From: an uncultured Anaerolineae bacterium
Lineage (GTDB): Bacteria; Chloroflexota; Anaerolineae; JAADDB01
Assembly (NCBI GenBank): GCA_964487375.1
Contig: CAZAQA010000008.1
Location: 61,402-125,401, forward strand
Reading direction: 5' to 3'
Length of the DNA: 64,000 nucleotides
Below the pieces are notes generated by a model. That model did no database searches and was not told the origin of the DNA. It saw only the letters and a program-made list of their open reading frames with translations. Positions 39,497 to 50,332 of this stretch are shown in pieces. Both the position numbers and the translations under genes were made by a program. Each line of letters begins with the position of its first letter. The first letter of the stretch is position 1.

Positions 39497-39865
39497 GGTG
39501 CTGCTCCTTTCTCCCTCACACCGCCTTCCACTCCGACATCGCCTGCTATCCTTGCTGCACCCAACGAGGTCACGAGAACCCGATGGGGCATAAGGGTTCA
39601 TGGACGCCGTCACGTCACTCCTATTCTACCACAGGTATGCCAGATCCTACGGACAATTGCATGCCGGGCCCACGATCGGCCGCACGTGGACCGGTATGCC
39701 GCCCGGGACCGGTACAACGCGGGGCGGGGCGAAGGGAAAAGGGTAAGCGAGAAGGTACTGCTCACACAAGGGAAAAGGCCTGCCTCCCCTTCATCGGGGA
39801 CAGCAGGCCTTGGTGTATCACGAATCATAGGGGATTGGCCATCCCCCCTATGTGATGCCGACGGT

Positions 39866-41521
39866 TTACTGGCCTATGGACAGGAAGGTGGCCGGCGCGG
39901 CCTTGGGCGTTACGAAGTGAATGTACGGATGGCCCGTGCCGGCGTGACAGGCGTTGCAACCCTGTACGGCCGCTTTGTAATCCTTCTCAAACGTCGTCTG
40001 GTCCTTCTCTTCAATGGCTTCGGCAAGCGGGTCCAGATAGGTGTGTTCGAAGTTCTTGAGCAGCTCAGCCTTCCCCGGCCGGGTGACCTCCCCGACCTCC
40101 TGGATCTCCCTCTGTTCCTTGAGCTCGTAAGCCGCCAAATCCCACTGTCCGGCTTCCGCCGCTGCCCAGACGTTGCCGAAGCGATAGGAGTATTCCATCA
40201 TTACCGTACCCAAACCCGGTTGAATGTTCCACAGGGCCAGGCTGCGGTCGGGCTTGTTGAAGAGGCCGTCGATCAGTGTCTTGGCATCCTCCAGGGTGGG
40301 ACGACCGGAGGGATAGGAGGGCTTGGTTGCCTGCGGGTGCTCTTCTTCTTCAGCCTTCTCCGGTTGGCTGGCTTTCAGTTGCAGGAACGGTTCCGGCGAG
40401 GTCGGCGGCATCTGGAAGTGGATGTACGGATGGCCGGTGCCGGCATGGCAGGCGTTGCAGCCTTCGATCGCGTCGGCGTAGGCTTTGTCGAACGCTGTCT
40501 TGTCCTGCGCCTCGACGGCTTTCATAACCGGGACCAGATAGGTGTGTTCGAAGTTCTTGAGCAGCTCGGCCTTCCCCGGGCGGGTGGTCTCACCCACTTC
40601 CTGGATCTCGGTCTGTTCCTTAAGCTCGTACTGCGCCAAGCCCCAGTCACCGGCGTCGGCCGCCTTTTTGGCCAAAGCGAAGCGCCGACTGTATTCCATC
40701 ATCACTGTGCCCAGACCCGGCTGGATGTCCCACAAGAGCAGACGGCGGTCGGGCTTGTTGAAGTAGCTACGGACCATCTGGTCCAGCTCTTGCCAGGTAA
40801 GCGGCTTGTCCGGTGCCGGGGTCGGTTTGGCTGTGGCCTTGTGTTCCTCTTCGGCGGCCGTCGGCTTGCTTGCCTCCAGCTTCAGGAAGTCCTCCGGGCT
40901 GACTTTCGGCGGGGTGTACTTAATGTACGGATGACCAGTCATGCCGTGACACCCGTTACATCCCCCTATAGCTGCGTTGTAGGCGTTGTCGAACGCCGTC
41001 TTGTCTTGCGCTTCGATTGCCTTCATGACCGGGTCCAGGTAGGCGTGCTCGAAGTTTTTCAGCAGGTCAGCCTTCTTCGGGCGGGTGGCCTCACCCACCT
41101 CTTGAATCTCGGTCTGCTCTTTGAGCTCGTACTGCGCCAGGCCCCAATCACCGGCGTCGGCTGCCGCCTTGACCTGGGCGAAACGCCGGGCGTACTCCAT
41201 CATCACGGTGCCCAGGCCGGGCTGAATGTCCCAGAGGGTTAGCTTGGGATCAATGTTATTGAACCTTTCCTCCAGAAGTTTTTGGACTTGGGCGGCCGTC
41301 ACGTCATTAGCCGCCGGAGCCTTGGTGGGGGCTGCTTTCGTTGGTGGCGCCTTTGTCGGCGCCTTTGTCGGCGGAATTTCGGTTGGCTTAGCCCGTGTAA
41401 CCGGAGCCTTCGTGGGCTGCGATGCGGGCGTTGAGGTGGCACCGCAGCCGGCAGCCAGTGTCGCCACCAGTGCGATGGACAACGTGACGATGAGAAATAT
41501 CCATTTCTTTTTCCTCATCAC
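39866..41521 (-). CDS. Lipoprotein composed of three tandem cytochrome c'-like (class II cytochrome c, C-terminal CxxCH) domains
   Basis: Lipobox LAAGCG; three ~165-aa repeats each ending with CNGCHGMTGH / CNACHAGTGH / CNACHAGTGH; the domain length and C-terminal heme motif match cytochrome c'. Confidence 0.75.
   Translation of the reverse strand: MMRKKKWIFLIVTLSIALVATLAAGCGATSTPASQPTKAPVTRAKPTEIPPTKAPTKAPPTKAAPTKAPAANDVTAAQVQKLLEERFNNIDPKLTLWDIQPGLGTVMMEYARRFAQVKAAADAGDWGLAQYELKEQTEIQEVGEATRPKKADLLKNFEHAYLDPVMKAIEAQDKTAFDNAYNAAIGGCNGCHGMTGHPYIKYTPPKVSPEDFLKLEASKPTAAEEEHKATAKPTPAPDKPLTWQELDQMVRSYFNKPDRRLLLWDIQPGLGTVMMEYSRRFALAKKAADAGDWGLAQYELKEQTEIQEVGETTRPGKAELLKNFEHTYLVPVMKAVEAQDKTAFDKAYADAIEGCNACHAGTGHPYIHFQMPPTSPEPFLQLKASQPEKAEEEEHPQATKPSYPSGRPTLEDAKTLIDGLFNKPDRSLALWNIQPGLGTVMMEYSYRFGNVWAAAEAGQWDLAAYELKEQREIQEVGEVTRPGKAELLKNFEHTYLDPLAEAIEEKDQTTFEKDYKAAVQGCNACHAGTGHPYIHFVTPKAAPATFLSIGQ
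39890..41390. repeat. Three ~500-bp tandem direct repeats inside the cytochrome gene
   Basis: e.g. gtgttcgaagttcttgagcagctc at 40044 and 40544, with a diverged copy near 41048; protein repeats 1 and 2 are ~80% identical. Confidence 0.7.
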
Positions 41522-41983
41522 GGGACTTCCTCCTTTTGCCTCAGATGTTAGGGGACCTTCGCCCTATACGATAAATAGTTTATTGCTCACACGTTGATGT
41601 TTCTCCTCGGACTACTCGATTCAGAGACAAAGCCGGACCGGCTCTTCTCGCTGGCAAGTCTGGACAACATTTTGGATACGTTCACCTCCTTTCCTCTCCT
41701 CGTTAATCGTCTGCTTGCCAGCAATTTTCAACGGTCCGTACCAGGGCATGGCAAACAAATGTACCCGCGGCGGAGATCGGCCTGTATCTAGTGTAGGAGG
41801 CTCAAGGTTCCCTGACTAGTCGTAAAATCCCCTATTTTTCGTGGGGAATTCTACGACCCAAGGAGGGCGTAGTGCTCTTCTTTTCACGGAAGAGGTGGAT
41901 TGGGATATCGTCTGTTGAGAAGAGTACGTGGAGGTGGAGGGGAAAGAAGACACGTGCAAGCAGGCCAACGTATTTCCACAAAA

Positions 41984-42649
41984 TCAGGTGACGTCGAGGA
42001 GTCCCTTGCGTACCGCGTAGCGGATTAACTCAGCGCGATCACGGAGGTTGAGTTTCTCCAGGAGGACGTTGCGGTATTTTTCGACTGTGCGGGGGCTAAT
42101 GTTGAGCTTTGCCCCAATCTCCCGATAGGTCAGACCCTGAGCAATGAGCCGTAACACTTCGCGCTCGCGCTCGGTCAAGCGGGCCAGGCGGTCGAATTCG
42201 TCGCCCGACTGGGCACGACGGATGTAATCGTCCAGGAGTAGTCTGGCGACGGAGGGATAGAGAAATACCCCGCCGGCAGCCACAACTCGTACTGCGGAGA
42301 AGAGTTCTTCCGGCGACGCTTCCTTGAGCACATAGCCGGAGGCGCCGGCGTTGATGGCCTGGAAGAAGTACCCTTCATCTTCATGCATGGTGAGGACCAC
42401 CACCTTGACCGGCCGCGGGAGGCTGAGGGACATAATCCGACGGGTTGCTTCCAGACCGTTGATATCGGGCATGCCCAGGTCCATGAGCACGATGTCCGGT
42501 TGTAATTCTTGTACTTTGGTCAATACGTCCCGACCGTTGTGGGCTTCGCCGATCACCTCGATATCCAATTGCGATTCCAGAAGCAAGCGGATTCCGGCCC
42601 GTACCACCGCGTGATCGTCGGCGATAAGAACCCGGATTTTAGTCGTCAT
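41984..42649 (-). CDS. Response regulator transcription factor, NarL/FixJ (LuxR-type HTH) family
   Basis: REC domain (IRVLIADDH...D...) plus C-terminal LuxR HTH (LTEREREVLRLIAQGLTYREIGAKLNISPRTVEKY). Confidence 0.9.
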   Translation of the reverse strand: MTTKIRVLIADDHAVVRAGIRLLLESQLDIEVIGEAHNGRDVLTKVQELQPDIVLMDLGMPDINGLEATRRIMSLSLPRPVKVVVLTMHEDEGYFFQAINAGASGYVLKEASPEELFSAVRVVAAGGVFLYPSVARLLLDDYIRRAQSGDEFDRLARLTEREREVLRLIAQGLTYREIGAKLNISPRTVEKYRNVLLEKLNLRDRAELIRYAVRKGLLDVT

Positions 42650-44622
42650 GAGGAGGACTCCTTAGTTCCTAACGGGAGGTCAACGACTATGGTGGTGCCG
42701 GCCCCAGGCGCTGATTTGATCTCAACAGTGCCGTCAAAGAGAGCGGCACGTTCTTGCATCCCCAGCAATCCCCATCCGCGACCGCTCTCATCGGACGGCA
42801 GGACGGAGGAGGGGACAAACCCCTGACCATCGTCTGAAACGGTCACATGCAACCGGGAATCGACTCGCCGGAGGGAAATTTCAACGCGAGAGGCCTTCGC
42901 ATGAAGGGCAACATTCATAATCGCCTCCTGGAGGATACGAAAGACCACTGTTTCCAGTTGAGGCGGCAGGCGGCCCTGTAGGCCCTCGGCGATCACCGAT
43001 ATTTTCAAGCCGGCGCGACGAGAGATGTGGTTGCTGTAGCGGCGTAATGCCTGAACCAGGCCCAAATCATCCAGGGCCGCCGGGCGCAGATCCAGGATAA
43101 TGGAACGCAGAGTGCCCATCATTGACGTGGCGATCTCGGAAGCATCCTCAAGGATGGTGACGGCACGCTCCGGGTCGGCGGGGAGGGCCGTGGCGGCGGC
43201 GCCGATTGTCATGCTCAGGCCGCTGAGTTCCTGTCCCAACTGGTCATGGAGATCACGAGCCACGCGGCGGCGTTCTTCTTCCTGGGCGGTGATGATCTTG
43301 TCCAGCAGCCGACCGCGTAAGGCATCCTTCTTTCGAATCTCCTCGTACAAACTGATATTCTCGATAGCCACGCCGATTTGCCGACCAATGGCCTTGAGCA
43401 AGCCCCAGTCGCCTTCGTCAAAAGGTTGGCCCTTGGAGTTCATCAAGTTGAGCACGCCAAGAGAGTTGTCCCTGGCCACAAGAGGGACAGAAACTCCATG
43501 CTGGAGGGGCATCCCGTCGATCTCCAGGGTGGACATGGGTGGACAGAAGTATGTTTCTAGGGGCGGGCTGACTTCACGAGTCTCCATGACATAGTGGCAA
43601 AGACAGCCCTCCACCCCTCCGTTGCAGGAGAGAACGGGTTCGGGAATGTGCAATTGACAGACAATGTGCATCCGGCCTTCTGAATCGGGCATGGTGATCC
43701 AACCGGCCGGTATACCCAACTCTTCCAGCACGCAGATCAGGGCGTCCCTCAGCATCTCTTGCATCCCCAGCGGCCGGGTCACGGTCAAAGCAACAGCGTT
43801 GAGAATTGTGCGATCGCGATCAGCAATTTCGTACTTTTGACGCTCGGCTGCCTCCAGGCGACGATCTGTTTCCACAACGAACACTTCTTGGCTAAGCCGG
43901 ATGAAATATGTCAGTCCCATCCCGATAATCGATCGCAAAAGGGGTACGGGGAAGCCAAGAGTACTGCTGAAGATCTGGTCATGCAGCCAACGGGTCCAGA
44001 GAATGTCATGGGGGGGTGTGATTAACCCGGAAAGCAGGGCGTAGGCGAAGAAAAGATAAGCAACGCGAGACATGTACGTCGCGATGCGCGGCAGAGCCAT
44101 ATCGCGTACGCGCCGTGACTGGCGTAAAAAGCCCACGCCACTGAGCAGAGAGCCTGGAAACCCCAGAAGCACGCGTACCCATATCTCCCCCGTAATGCGC
44201 AAATGGGCCAGGCTAAACGGTTCAACCATGTTGTTGATGCTTAAGACGACGAGCCATAACACAGTCATAGCAAGGGTGGGCACCCAGCGCCATCTTTGAT
44301 CGTAAGTGTCCGGTACGGTCAAACTCAAGCCAAACTGGAAGAGTGCGACAAACGACACGGACATCAAAAACAACTGTACAAGATTGAGGACCTGGACTAC
44401 AGAGGAGGGGAGATAACGAGCCTGAATGGGAATGAAAAGGTATCCCCATTCTGTCAGGCCGTGGGTCATGCCGAAGACCGCCAGCCAGGGCAAATAGCGG
44501 GCTATTTCCAGTTGGCTGTACTTGCGACTTTGTAGGACAACAGAAAGGCCCAGCGTGAAAAAGGCGAGCCCGTAAATGAAAAAGATAACCGGTTCGTTGA
44601 TTTCAAAGAACTGGTTTATCAT
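42646..44622 (-). CDS. Sensor histidine kinase: large N-terminal membrane domain, GAF, HisKA_3, HATPase_c
   Basis: ~250-aa multi-TM N-terminus, a GAF-like middle, H-box RVARDLHDQLGQ (HisKA_3), and G-boxes in the C-terminus; ATGA overlap with the response regulator gene. Confidence 0.85.
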   Translation of the reverse strand: MINQFFEINEPVIFFIYGLAFFTLGLSVVLQSRKYSQLEIARYLPWLAVFGMTHGLTEWGYLFIPIQARYLPSSVVQVLNLVQLFLMSVSFVALFQFGLSLTVPDTYDQRWRWVPTLAMTVLWLVVLSINNMVEPFSLAHLRITGEIWVRVLLGFPGSLLSGVGFLRQSRRVRDMALPRIATYMSRVAYLFFAYALLSGLITPPHDILWTRWLHDQIFSSTLGFPVPLLRSIIGMGLTYFIRLSQEVFVVETDRRLEAAERQKYEIADRDRTILNAVALTVTRPLGMQEMLRDALICVLEELGIPAGWITMPDSEGRMHIVCQLHIPEPVLSCNGGVEGCLCHYVMETREVSPPLETYFCPPMSTLEIDGMPLQHGVSVPLVARDNSLGVLNLMNSKGQPFDEGDWGLLKAIGRQIGVAIENISLYEEIRKKDALRGRLLDKIITAQEEERRRVARDLHDQLGQELSGLSMTIGAAATALPADPERAVTILEDASEIATSMMGTLRSIILDLRPAALDDLGLVQALRRYSNHISRRAGLKISVIAEGLQGRLPPQLETVVFRILQEAIMNVALHAKASRVEISLRRVDSRLHVTVSDDGQGFVPSSVLPSDESGRGWGLLGMQERAALFDGTVEIKSAPGAGTTIVVDLPLGTKESSS

Positions 44623-45205
44623 GGATAAACTCTAACGTATCCTCGTTCAGAGGTCAAAAAGGACATTCACTTCCCCCAATTTTACTCTCACTCCCCCTGG
44701 GCAGCAAGGAGCAAGACGGTACAAGAGACCACATTCGATTGCCGGTGTCCGGTCCGGATAGTGATAGGATCGCCCCCCTCCCTCGGGGCTTTTGCCTATG
44801 GCCCTGAGGGGGTGAGGGATGAGGGCTTGAACCTCATCCTCTTCCCTTCGCGACAAGACGGCCCCCCACACGCCCAGCGCCCCGTGGATTTTAGCATGGA
44901 GAAGCCCTAGTACCTGGTCAATCATGGAGTGATGGATAAGCCATGGACTTTCCTGAGCCAGGATCTCCAAGAACGGGGAGGCGAAAGCACTGCCTTCGTC
45001 CACCTCTGGCCGTACAGGCAAATGAATTCGGCAGCCCTGACCCTGTAGCGGGTCGCTTTTACTATCAGGAGACTTTTGACCGAGTCCTCGTTTCTGATCT
45101 GCCTCATTGGACAATCGGTTGCTCTCGGACTATAATGTAGGGCGTGGGGTAAATCTCCACGGACAACCTATTCGGGTGTCACTACCTTCAAAGGGGAGGG
45201 TTATC

Positions 45206-46471
45206 ATGAGTGACAAAGTAGTCGTGCAGGAATTGAATCCTTTCGCCATTGCACAAAGGCAGTTCGACGAAGCTGCCGATTTCCTCAAGCTGGACCGGGC
45301 CACACGTGAATTGCTCCGATGGCCCATGCGAGAGTTCCACTTCCAGATCCCCGTACGGATGGATGACGGATCGGTTCGTGTCTTCAAAGGATTCCGGGTC
45401 CAGTACAACGACGCCCGTGGACCGGCCAAGGGGGGCATCCGTTTCCATCCTAAAGAGACGATCGATACCGTACGAGCACTGGCCGCGTGGATGACCTGGA
45501 AGACAGCCGTTTTGGATCTGCCCTTGGGAGGCGGCAAAGGCGGCGTCATTTGTAATCCCAAGGAGCTGTCCGAGAAGGAGTTGGAGCGCTTGAGCCGGGG
45601 CTACATCCGCCAGGTCGCCCGCTTCATCGGGGCCAACGTGGATGTGCCTGCACCGGACGTGTACACCAACCCGCAGATTATGGCCTGGATGATGGACGAA
45701 TACGACACCATCGTGGGCCACAGTGAGCCCGGGGTGATCACCGGCAAGCCGGTGGAACTTGGAGGTTCGAAAGGACGCAACGATGCCACAGCACGAGGAG
45801 GCATTTACGCGGTCCGTGAGGCCGCGAAAGTCCTGGGGCTGGAGCTGAAGGGACAGCCTGTGGCCATTCAGGGGTACGGCAATGCCGGCTCCTATGCCCA
45901 CAAGCTGGCCGTGGAAATCCTGGGCATGAAAGTCGTTGCCGTCTCCGATTCTAAGGGCGGCATCTACGACCCGGATGGGCTCGACTACGAGCAGGTATTC
46001 GAGCACAAGATGCGCACCGGGTCGGTAGTGAATTTCCCCGACACCACACCCATCTCCAACGGGGAATTGCTGGAGCTGCCGGTCATGGTTCTTTTCCCGG
46101 CCGCGTTGGAGGATGTGATCACGCAGGAGAACGCGGGGCGCATCAAAGCCAAGATCGTCGCCGAGCTGGCCAACGGGCCGACGACGCCGGACGCCGACGT
46201 CATCCTGCACAAGAACGGCGTGTTCGTTATCCCCGACTTCCTCTGCAATGCCGGTGGGGTCACAGTGTCCTACTTCGAGCAAGTTCAGGATGCCATGAAC
46301 TATTACTGGACAGAGGAGGAAGTCTACCGTCGCCTGGACGAGAAGATGACCCGGGCCTTCCACGACGTGTATAACAAACTGGAGGAGACGGGCGTTCATC
46401 CTCGCCTGGCAGCCTATCTGGTTGCCGTTGACCGAGTCGCCAAGGCAACTCGGTTACGTGGCTGGGTGTGA
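45206..46471 (+). CDS. gdhA: Glu/Leu/Phe/Val dehydrogenase (glutamate dehydrogenase)
   Basis: KGGIRFHP (GGxK catalytic Lys region), GYGNAGSY Rossmann motif; start at ATG 45206 with an AAGGGGAGGG RBS. The ORF-track start 45107 is unsupported. Confidence 0.9.
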   Translation: MSDKVVVQELNPFAIAQRQFDEAADFLKLDRATRELLRWPMREFHFQIPVRMDDGSVRVFKGFRVQYNDARGPAKGGIRFHPKETIDTVRALAAWMTWKTAVLDLPLGGGKGGVICNPKELSEKELERLSRGYIRQVARFIGANVDVPAPDVYTNPQIMAWMMDEYDTIVGHSEPGVITGKPVELGGSKGRNDATARGGIYAVREAAKVLGLELKGQPVAIQGYGNAGSYAHKLAVEILGMKVVAVSDSKGGIYDPDGLDYEQVFEHKMRTGSVVNFPDTTPISNGELLELPVMVLFPAALEDVITQENAGRIKAKIVAELANGPTTPDADVILHKNGVFVIPDFLCNAGGVTVSYFEQVQDAMNYYWTEEEVYRRLDEKMTRAFHDVYNKLEETGVHPRLAAYLVAVDRVAKATRLRGWV

Positions 46472-46707
46472 GGCCTCCTCGAACATAGGTCCACCCGACC
46501 GAGAAACCTTCGAAAGGGAGATCAACCAAGGGCCTGCAATGCAGGCCCTTTCTGTGTTCTCACTGGGCCTGGAGCAACTGCTCTCTATGATCCATATCAT
46601 GGCTGGAAGTCCGAAATCAATGGTATGCTACAGGTGGTTGCAGGGAATTGCCCGTTGCCGAATCTCATGTCGTAGCGCACCTTGCCTGAAATGAGCGAAG
46701 GAATTCC

Positions 46708-47220
46708 ATGAGACAACGCATCCTCGTCCCGTTGGACGGTTCCAAGCCCGCGGAAGAAGCGATTCGTTATTTGCAGGCATTCGTTGCGCCGGAGGCCAAT
46801 GAGGTTCATCTTCTGACGGTTCTACCGGACATCGATCGGCTGGAAAACGTGGTGCAATTTCCTTTTGTGAACTCGGAATTGCAGGAGGCTGGCAAAGTCG
46901 CACGGGAACACCAGGAACAGTTCACTCGCGCCTATCTGGACATGGTGGCATGGGGTCTGGAAGACCAAGGATATCAAGTGCAGAGCCACATCGCCTACGG
47001 GCAACCGGCCATGGGCATTGTCCATATGGCGCAAGCACTGGACGTCCACTTGATCATCATGACCAGCCACGGGCGAGGGGAAAACGTCCAGTGGCATTAT
47101 GGGGGGGTGGCCCAGCGGGTGCTGGATGCCTGTGCGTGTCCTATCCTGATCGTGCCGGTGAGGGAAAGCATTCTCAAGGCTTCTACTGCCTCTTCGGAAG
47201 AAGGGCAGATGGCAGCATAA
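46708..47220 (+). CDS. Universal stress protein (UspA family)
   Basis: ILVPLDGS N-terminus and C-terminal GSHGRG...VAQRV ATP-binding motif. Confidence 0.8.
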   Translation: MRQRILVPLDGSKPAEEAIRYLQAFVAPEANEVHLLTVLPDIDRLENVVQFPFVNSELQEAGKVAREHQEQFTRAYLDMVAWGLEDQGYQVQSHIAYGQPAMGIVHMAQALDVHLIIMTSHGRGENVQWHYGGVAQRVLDACACPILIVPVRESILKASTASSEEGQMAA

Positions 47221-47355
47221 AAAGGGCAATTCTCGAAGCGATCGCCCGCTTCGGTGATGCTTTTAGAATTGCGGCCGGGTACACTGTTGTTCCTCCCTGA
47301 CGGGAGGAGAGGGGGGAAATTTCCCCCACCCTGACAACCGACGCCGCGCTTGGGG

Positions 47356-47398
47356 AAGGCATGGACTTTCGGTCCATGCCTTTCTCTTTGTCTCTTCG
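47356..47398 (+). terminator. Putative intrinsic terminator downstream of usp
   Basis: 11-bp stem aaggcatggac/gtccatgcctt with tttc loop followed by ttctctttgtctcttc; a second hairpin tcctccc-tgac-gggagga at 47291-47308. Confidence 0.5.
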
Positions 47399-47650
47399 CT
47401 GTCATGAGAGGATTTTCGAAGCAGACCGAAAGCCTAAGGGTGTCTCAGGAGCCTCTTCCACACTCCTGAAGCAGGTCTCGGCGCCCTATGGGGGAGTAAT
47501 AGAGAGTGAGGTTCTGGAGGTTCCCGGGGGCCGTAGAGTTTCCGGGAATGGTTCCAATTTCCCTCGAGGGATACTGCGCGCGGCTGGTCGAGAGGCAAAG
47601 GGGGGGCCGTCTGTGCAAGACGATACGGCCCCTGCCAGCGCCTGAGTCTG

Positions 47651-47941
47651 CTACAGCAGTTTCTCGTCCCAGCCGCTCAGAACGTCGAGGGTAGTGATGA
47701 TGCCTTTGGGGAAGGTGGCGAAGTACTGGATGTGCACTTTCGCCTGGCGTCCATCCTGAAGGGCCAGGTACAAGGTATCTCCCTTGAACAACGCCAGGTT
47801 CTTCCGGGGGACATGGTCCAGGGTGAAGGTCACCCGATCACGCGGCTTTCTGTCCGGCGTGTGGACCCAGGTTGTAATCTCGGCATTTCCCTCAGCCAGG
47901 GGCTCTTTGAGGCGCTTGGGATCCCATAACGTTCCCCGCAT
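47651..47941 (-). CDS. Small hypothetical protein (96 aa)
   Basis: Strong GAGGAGG RBS 7 nt upstream of the ATG; no recognisable motif. Confidence 0.45.
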   Translation of the reverse strand: MRGTLWDPKRLKEPLAEGNAEITTWVHTPDRKPRDRVTFTLDHVPRKNLALFKGDTLYLALQDGRQAKVHIQYFATFPKGIITTLDVLSGWDEKLL

Positions 47942-48440
47942 TGGTCAGCCTCCTCGTCGAATCGGGATGCGCAAGCCAGCTAAAAGCGCAAGGTTATTGT
48001 AATCCTGGCCCGGTGCTCTGACAAATTCACCTCTCACTTGGGGAGGAGTGCCTCCCAATCCCAGAGCGACCAATTCTTCGCGCCCTTCCTCACCCTGATA
48101 CAAAAGGCGCTCGACATAAGTGACAAAACGAAAAACCGGCATAATGGCCCGGTCGACTCGCCTTCACCTTTCTGCATTGATTCTAATTCTAAGGGAATCC
48201 CAAAACTTGTCCGTATTTGCATGAAATGGTATAAACGACTATACTCCGAATGAGGGTAAAATATGGGCATGACAAAGGACATGTGGGCTACGTCTATCGT
48301 CCAAAAGCAAATGGCCTGTGCTTTCACCTATGAGGGTAATTGGTCACTTTAGTTGTTTACCGAACTGGCGATGAGATTCCGGTCTGCATCCGTAATGACC
48401 TATCAGGCACACTGTATCATGTACAAGGAGGATATGAATC

Positions 48441-48761
48441 ATGTCAAAGGTAAGAAAAGTAAGTGCCAAAGAACTCGATTCCATGCTGCAACCCAAGATG
48501 CCGTCACCAAGGACTATAGAGCGCCGCAAAGCCATCGAACGCTTTAAGGAATTCCTCCTCACTTTGGCCCCGGGCGAAGGTGGAGAGATCAAACTGGAAC
48601 CGAACGAGAACCGCCAATTGATCAAGAAACGTCTCCTGCGGGCTGCAGAAGAACTGAACATGGAACTCGAGTTTATCCGCAAGCGCAAGCGTATCGTGTT
48701 CCGGGTGGTCCCCCCTGCCGGAGAGAACAGGTCGGAGGATTCCGACGCAGAGAAAGCGTAG
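48441..48761 (+). CDS. Small basic/acidic hypothetical protein (106 aa)
   Basis: AAGGAGG RBS 7 nt upstream of the ATG; Lys/Arg/Glu-rich, predicted helical; no family recognised. Confidence 0.5.
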   Translation: MSKVRKVSAKELDSMLQPKMPSPRTIERRKAIERFKEFLLTLAPGEGGEIKLEPNENRQLIKKRLLRAAEELNMELEFIRKRKRIVFRVVPPAGENRSEDSDAEKA

Positions 48762-49002
48762 GGAAATCGTCAGGTTAGCGTCAAGCATCCTGTCCGCCTT
48801 CTGCGTAGGATAGAGGTGAAGCACCTTCTTCTCCTCCTTTCTGATAGGGGGCACTGGCAAGGGCGGGCCAGTGCCCCCGGTCGATCTGCGGCCTTTCCCA
48901 TCCTACCGACGCCCGCGAAAAAATAGCCTTTCCCCTGACTCTGCTGTATCATGCCTACGTTTTCCATCTATCTTGAAATGTGCGCGTTATGAGGAGGTTG
49001 TC

Positions 49003-50262
49003 ATGGCTTCAGAGGAGAAGCGTCGGAGCGCCTACGAGGTCGCCAAAGCCCAGTTTCACGCGGCAGCTCAGTACTTGAATCTCCCCGAGGATATTCAGGA
49101 ATTCCTGTTGACCCCCAAACGAGAACTCATTGTCCACTTCCCCGTCATCATGGACGATGGCAAGCTGCGTATGTTCACCGGCTATCGGGTCCACCACAGC
49201 ACCGTCAAGGGGCCCACCAAAGGGGGGATCCGCTACCATCCCAGTGTGACCCTGGACGAAGTGCGGGCCCTGGCCATGTGGATGACCTGGAAGTGTGCCC
49301 TGATGGATCTCCCTTACGGCGGGGCCAAAGGAGGGGTTGCCGTCGACCCCTACAGCCTCTCCGAAGGGGAACTCAAACGGCTGACCCGACGCTATACGTC
49401 CGAGATTAGCATCCTCATTGGACCGGAACGAGATATCCCTGCACCCGACGTGGGCACAAATCCCAAAATCATGGGCTGGATGATGGACACCTATTCCATC
49501 CACCAGGGCTACGCGGTGCCCGCGGTCGTGACCGGCAAGCCTATCCCTGTGGGAGGGTCCAAGGGCCGTGTGGATGCCACCGGCCTGGGCGTCATGTACA
49601 CAACCCGGGAGACACTCCACCGCAAGGGTATTCACATGCATGATGTCACCGTCGCCGTCCAGGGCTTCGGCAACGTGGGATCTGTCGCTGCCATGGCCAT
49701 GCACCGTGAAGGAGCAAAGATCGTAGCAGTGAGCGACGTGAACGGCGGTATCTACAACCCCAACGGGCTCGACCCGTTCGACCTCAAACGCCATGTGGAG
49801 AACACAGGCACCGTGGTCAGTTATCCCCTGGCCGACCCCATCACCAACCGGGAATTGCTGACCCTGGATGTAGACGTCCTGGTGCCGGCCGCGCTGGAAG
49901 GGGTTATCGATGGCGATCTGGCCCAGGAGGTCAAAGCACGCTTCATCGCCGAAGGGGCCAACGGCCCTCTGACCGTCGACGCGGACCGGATCTTGCTGGA
50001 CAAGGGGACGACCATTATCCCCGACATTCTCTGCAATGCCGGCGGTGTGGTGGTCTCTTACTTCGAATGGGTCCAGGACTTGCAATCCTTTTTCTGGACC
50101 GAGGACGAAATTCGGCGTCAGCTCAAGCGTATTATGCTGACGAACTTCGACGCGGTGTGGAACCAGGCCATCGGAAAGGGCATCGACCTGCGGACCGCGG
50201 CCTACACGCTGGCCATCAGCCGGGTGGCCGAAGCCCTGGAAGCTCGCGGGGTCTACCCCTAA
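49003..50262 (+). CDS. Glu/Leu/Phe/Val dehydrogenase (second glutamate dehydrogenase paralog)
   Basis: [15 protein letters not shown] motifs; start at ATG 49003 with a GAGGAGG RBS; ~50% identical to the 45206 copy. Confidence 0.9.
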   Translation: MASEEKRRSAYEVAKAQFHAAAQYLNLPEDIQEFLLTPKRELIVHFPVIMDDGKLRMFTGYRVHHSTVKGPTKGGIRYHPSVTLDEVRALAMWMTWKCALMDLPYGGAKGGVAVDPYSLSEGELKRLTRRYTSEISILIGPERDIPAPDVGTNPKIMGWMMDTYSIHQGYAVPAVVTGKPIPVGGSKGRVDATGLGVMYTTRETLHRKGIHMHDVTVAVQGFGNVGSVAAMAMHREGAKIVAVSDVNGGIYNPNGLDPFDLKRHVENTGTVVSYPLADPITNRELLTLDVDVLVPAALEGVIDGDLAQEVKARFIAEGANGPLTVDADRILLDKGTTIIPDILCNAGGVVVSYFEWVQDLQSFFWTEDEIRRQLKRIMLTNFDAVWNQAIGKGIDLRTAAYTLAISRVAEALEARGVYP

Positions 50263-50332
50263 AAAGCTCCTCGAATTCTCGTGTGCCGTCCACGGCTCCC
50301 CGTCGGACGGTACACGATGACTTTTCGTTCTT

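Noticed and set aside
39137-41242. 701-aa + strand ORF
   Set aside because: Antisense to the tri-heme cytochrome gene, whose repeats and CxxCH motifs are on the minus strand. It is low-complexity and R/G/L-rich, as expected for high-GC antisense reading.
44647-45114. 155-aa minus-strand ORF between the kinase start and the gdh promoter
   Set aside because: It has no RBS and a low-complexity composition, and it contains a hairpin (gagggatgagg...cctcatcctc). It is more likely a non-coding leader or structured region than a gene, so I left it unannotated.
45188-46399. 403-aa minus-strand ORF
   Set aside because: Antisense shadow of glutamate dehydrogenase. The + strand product has clear GDH motifs.
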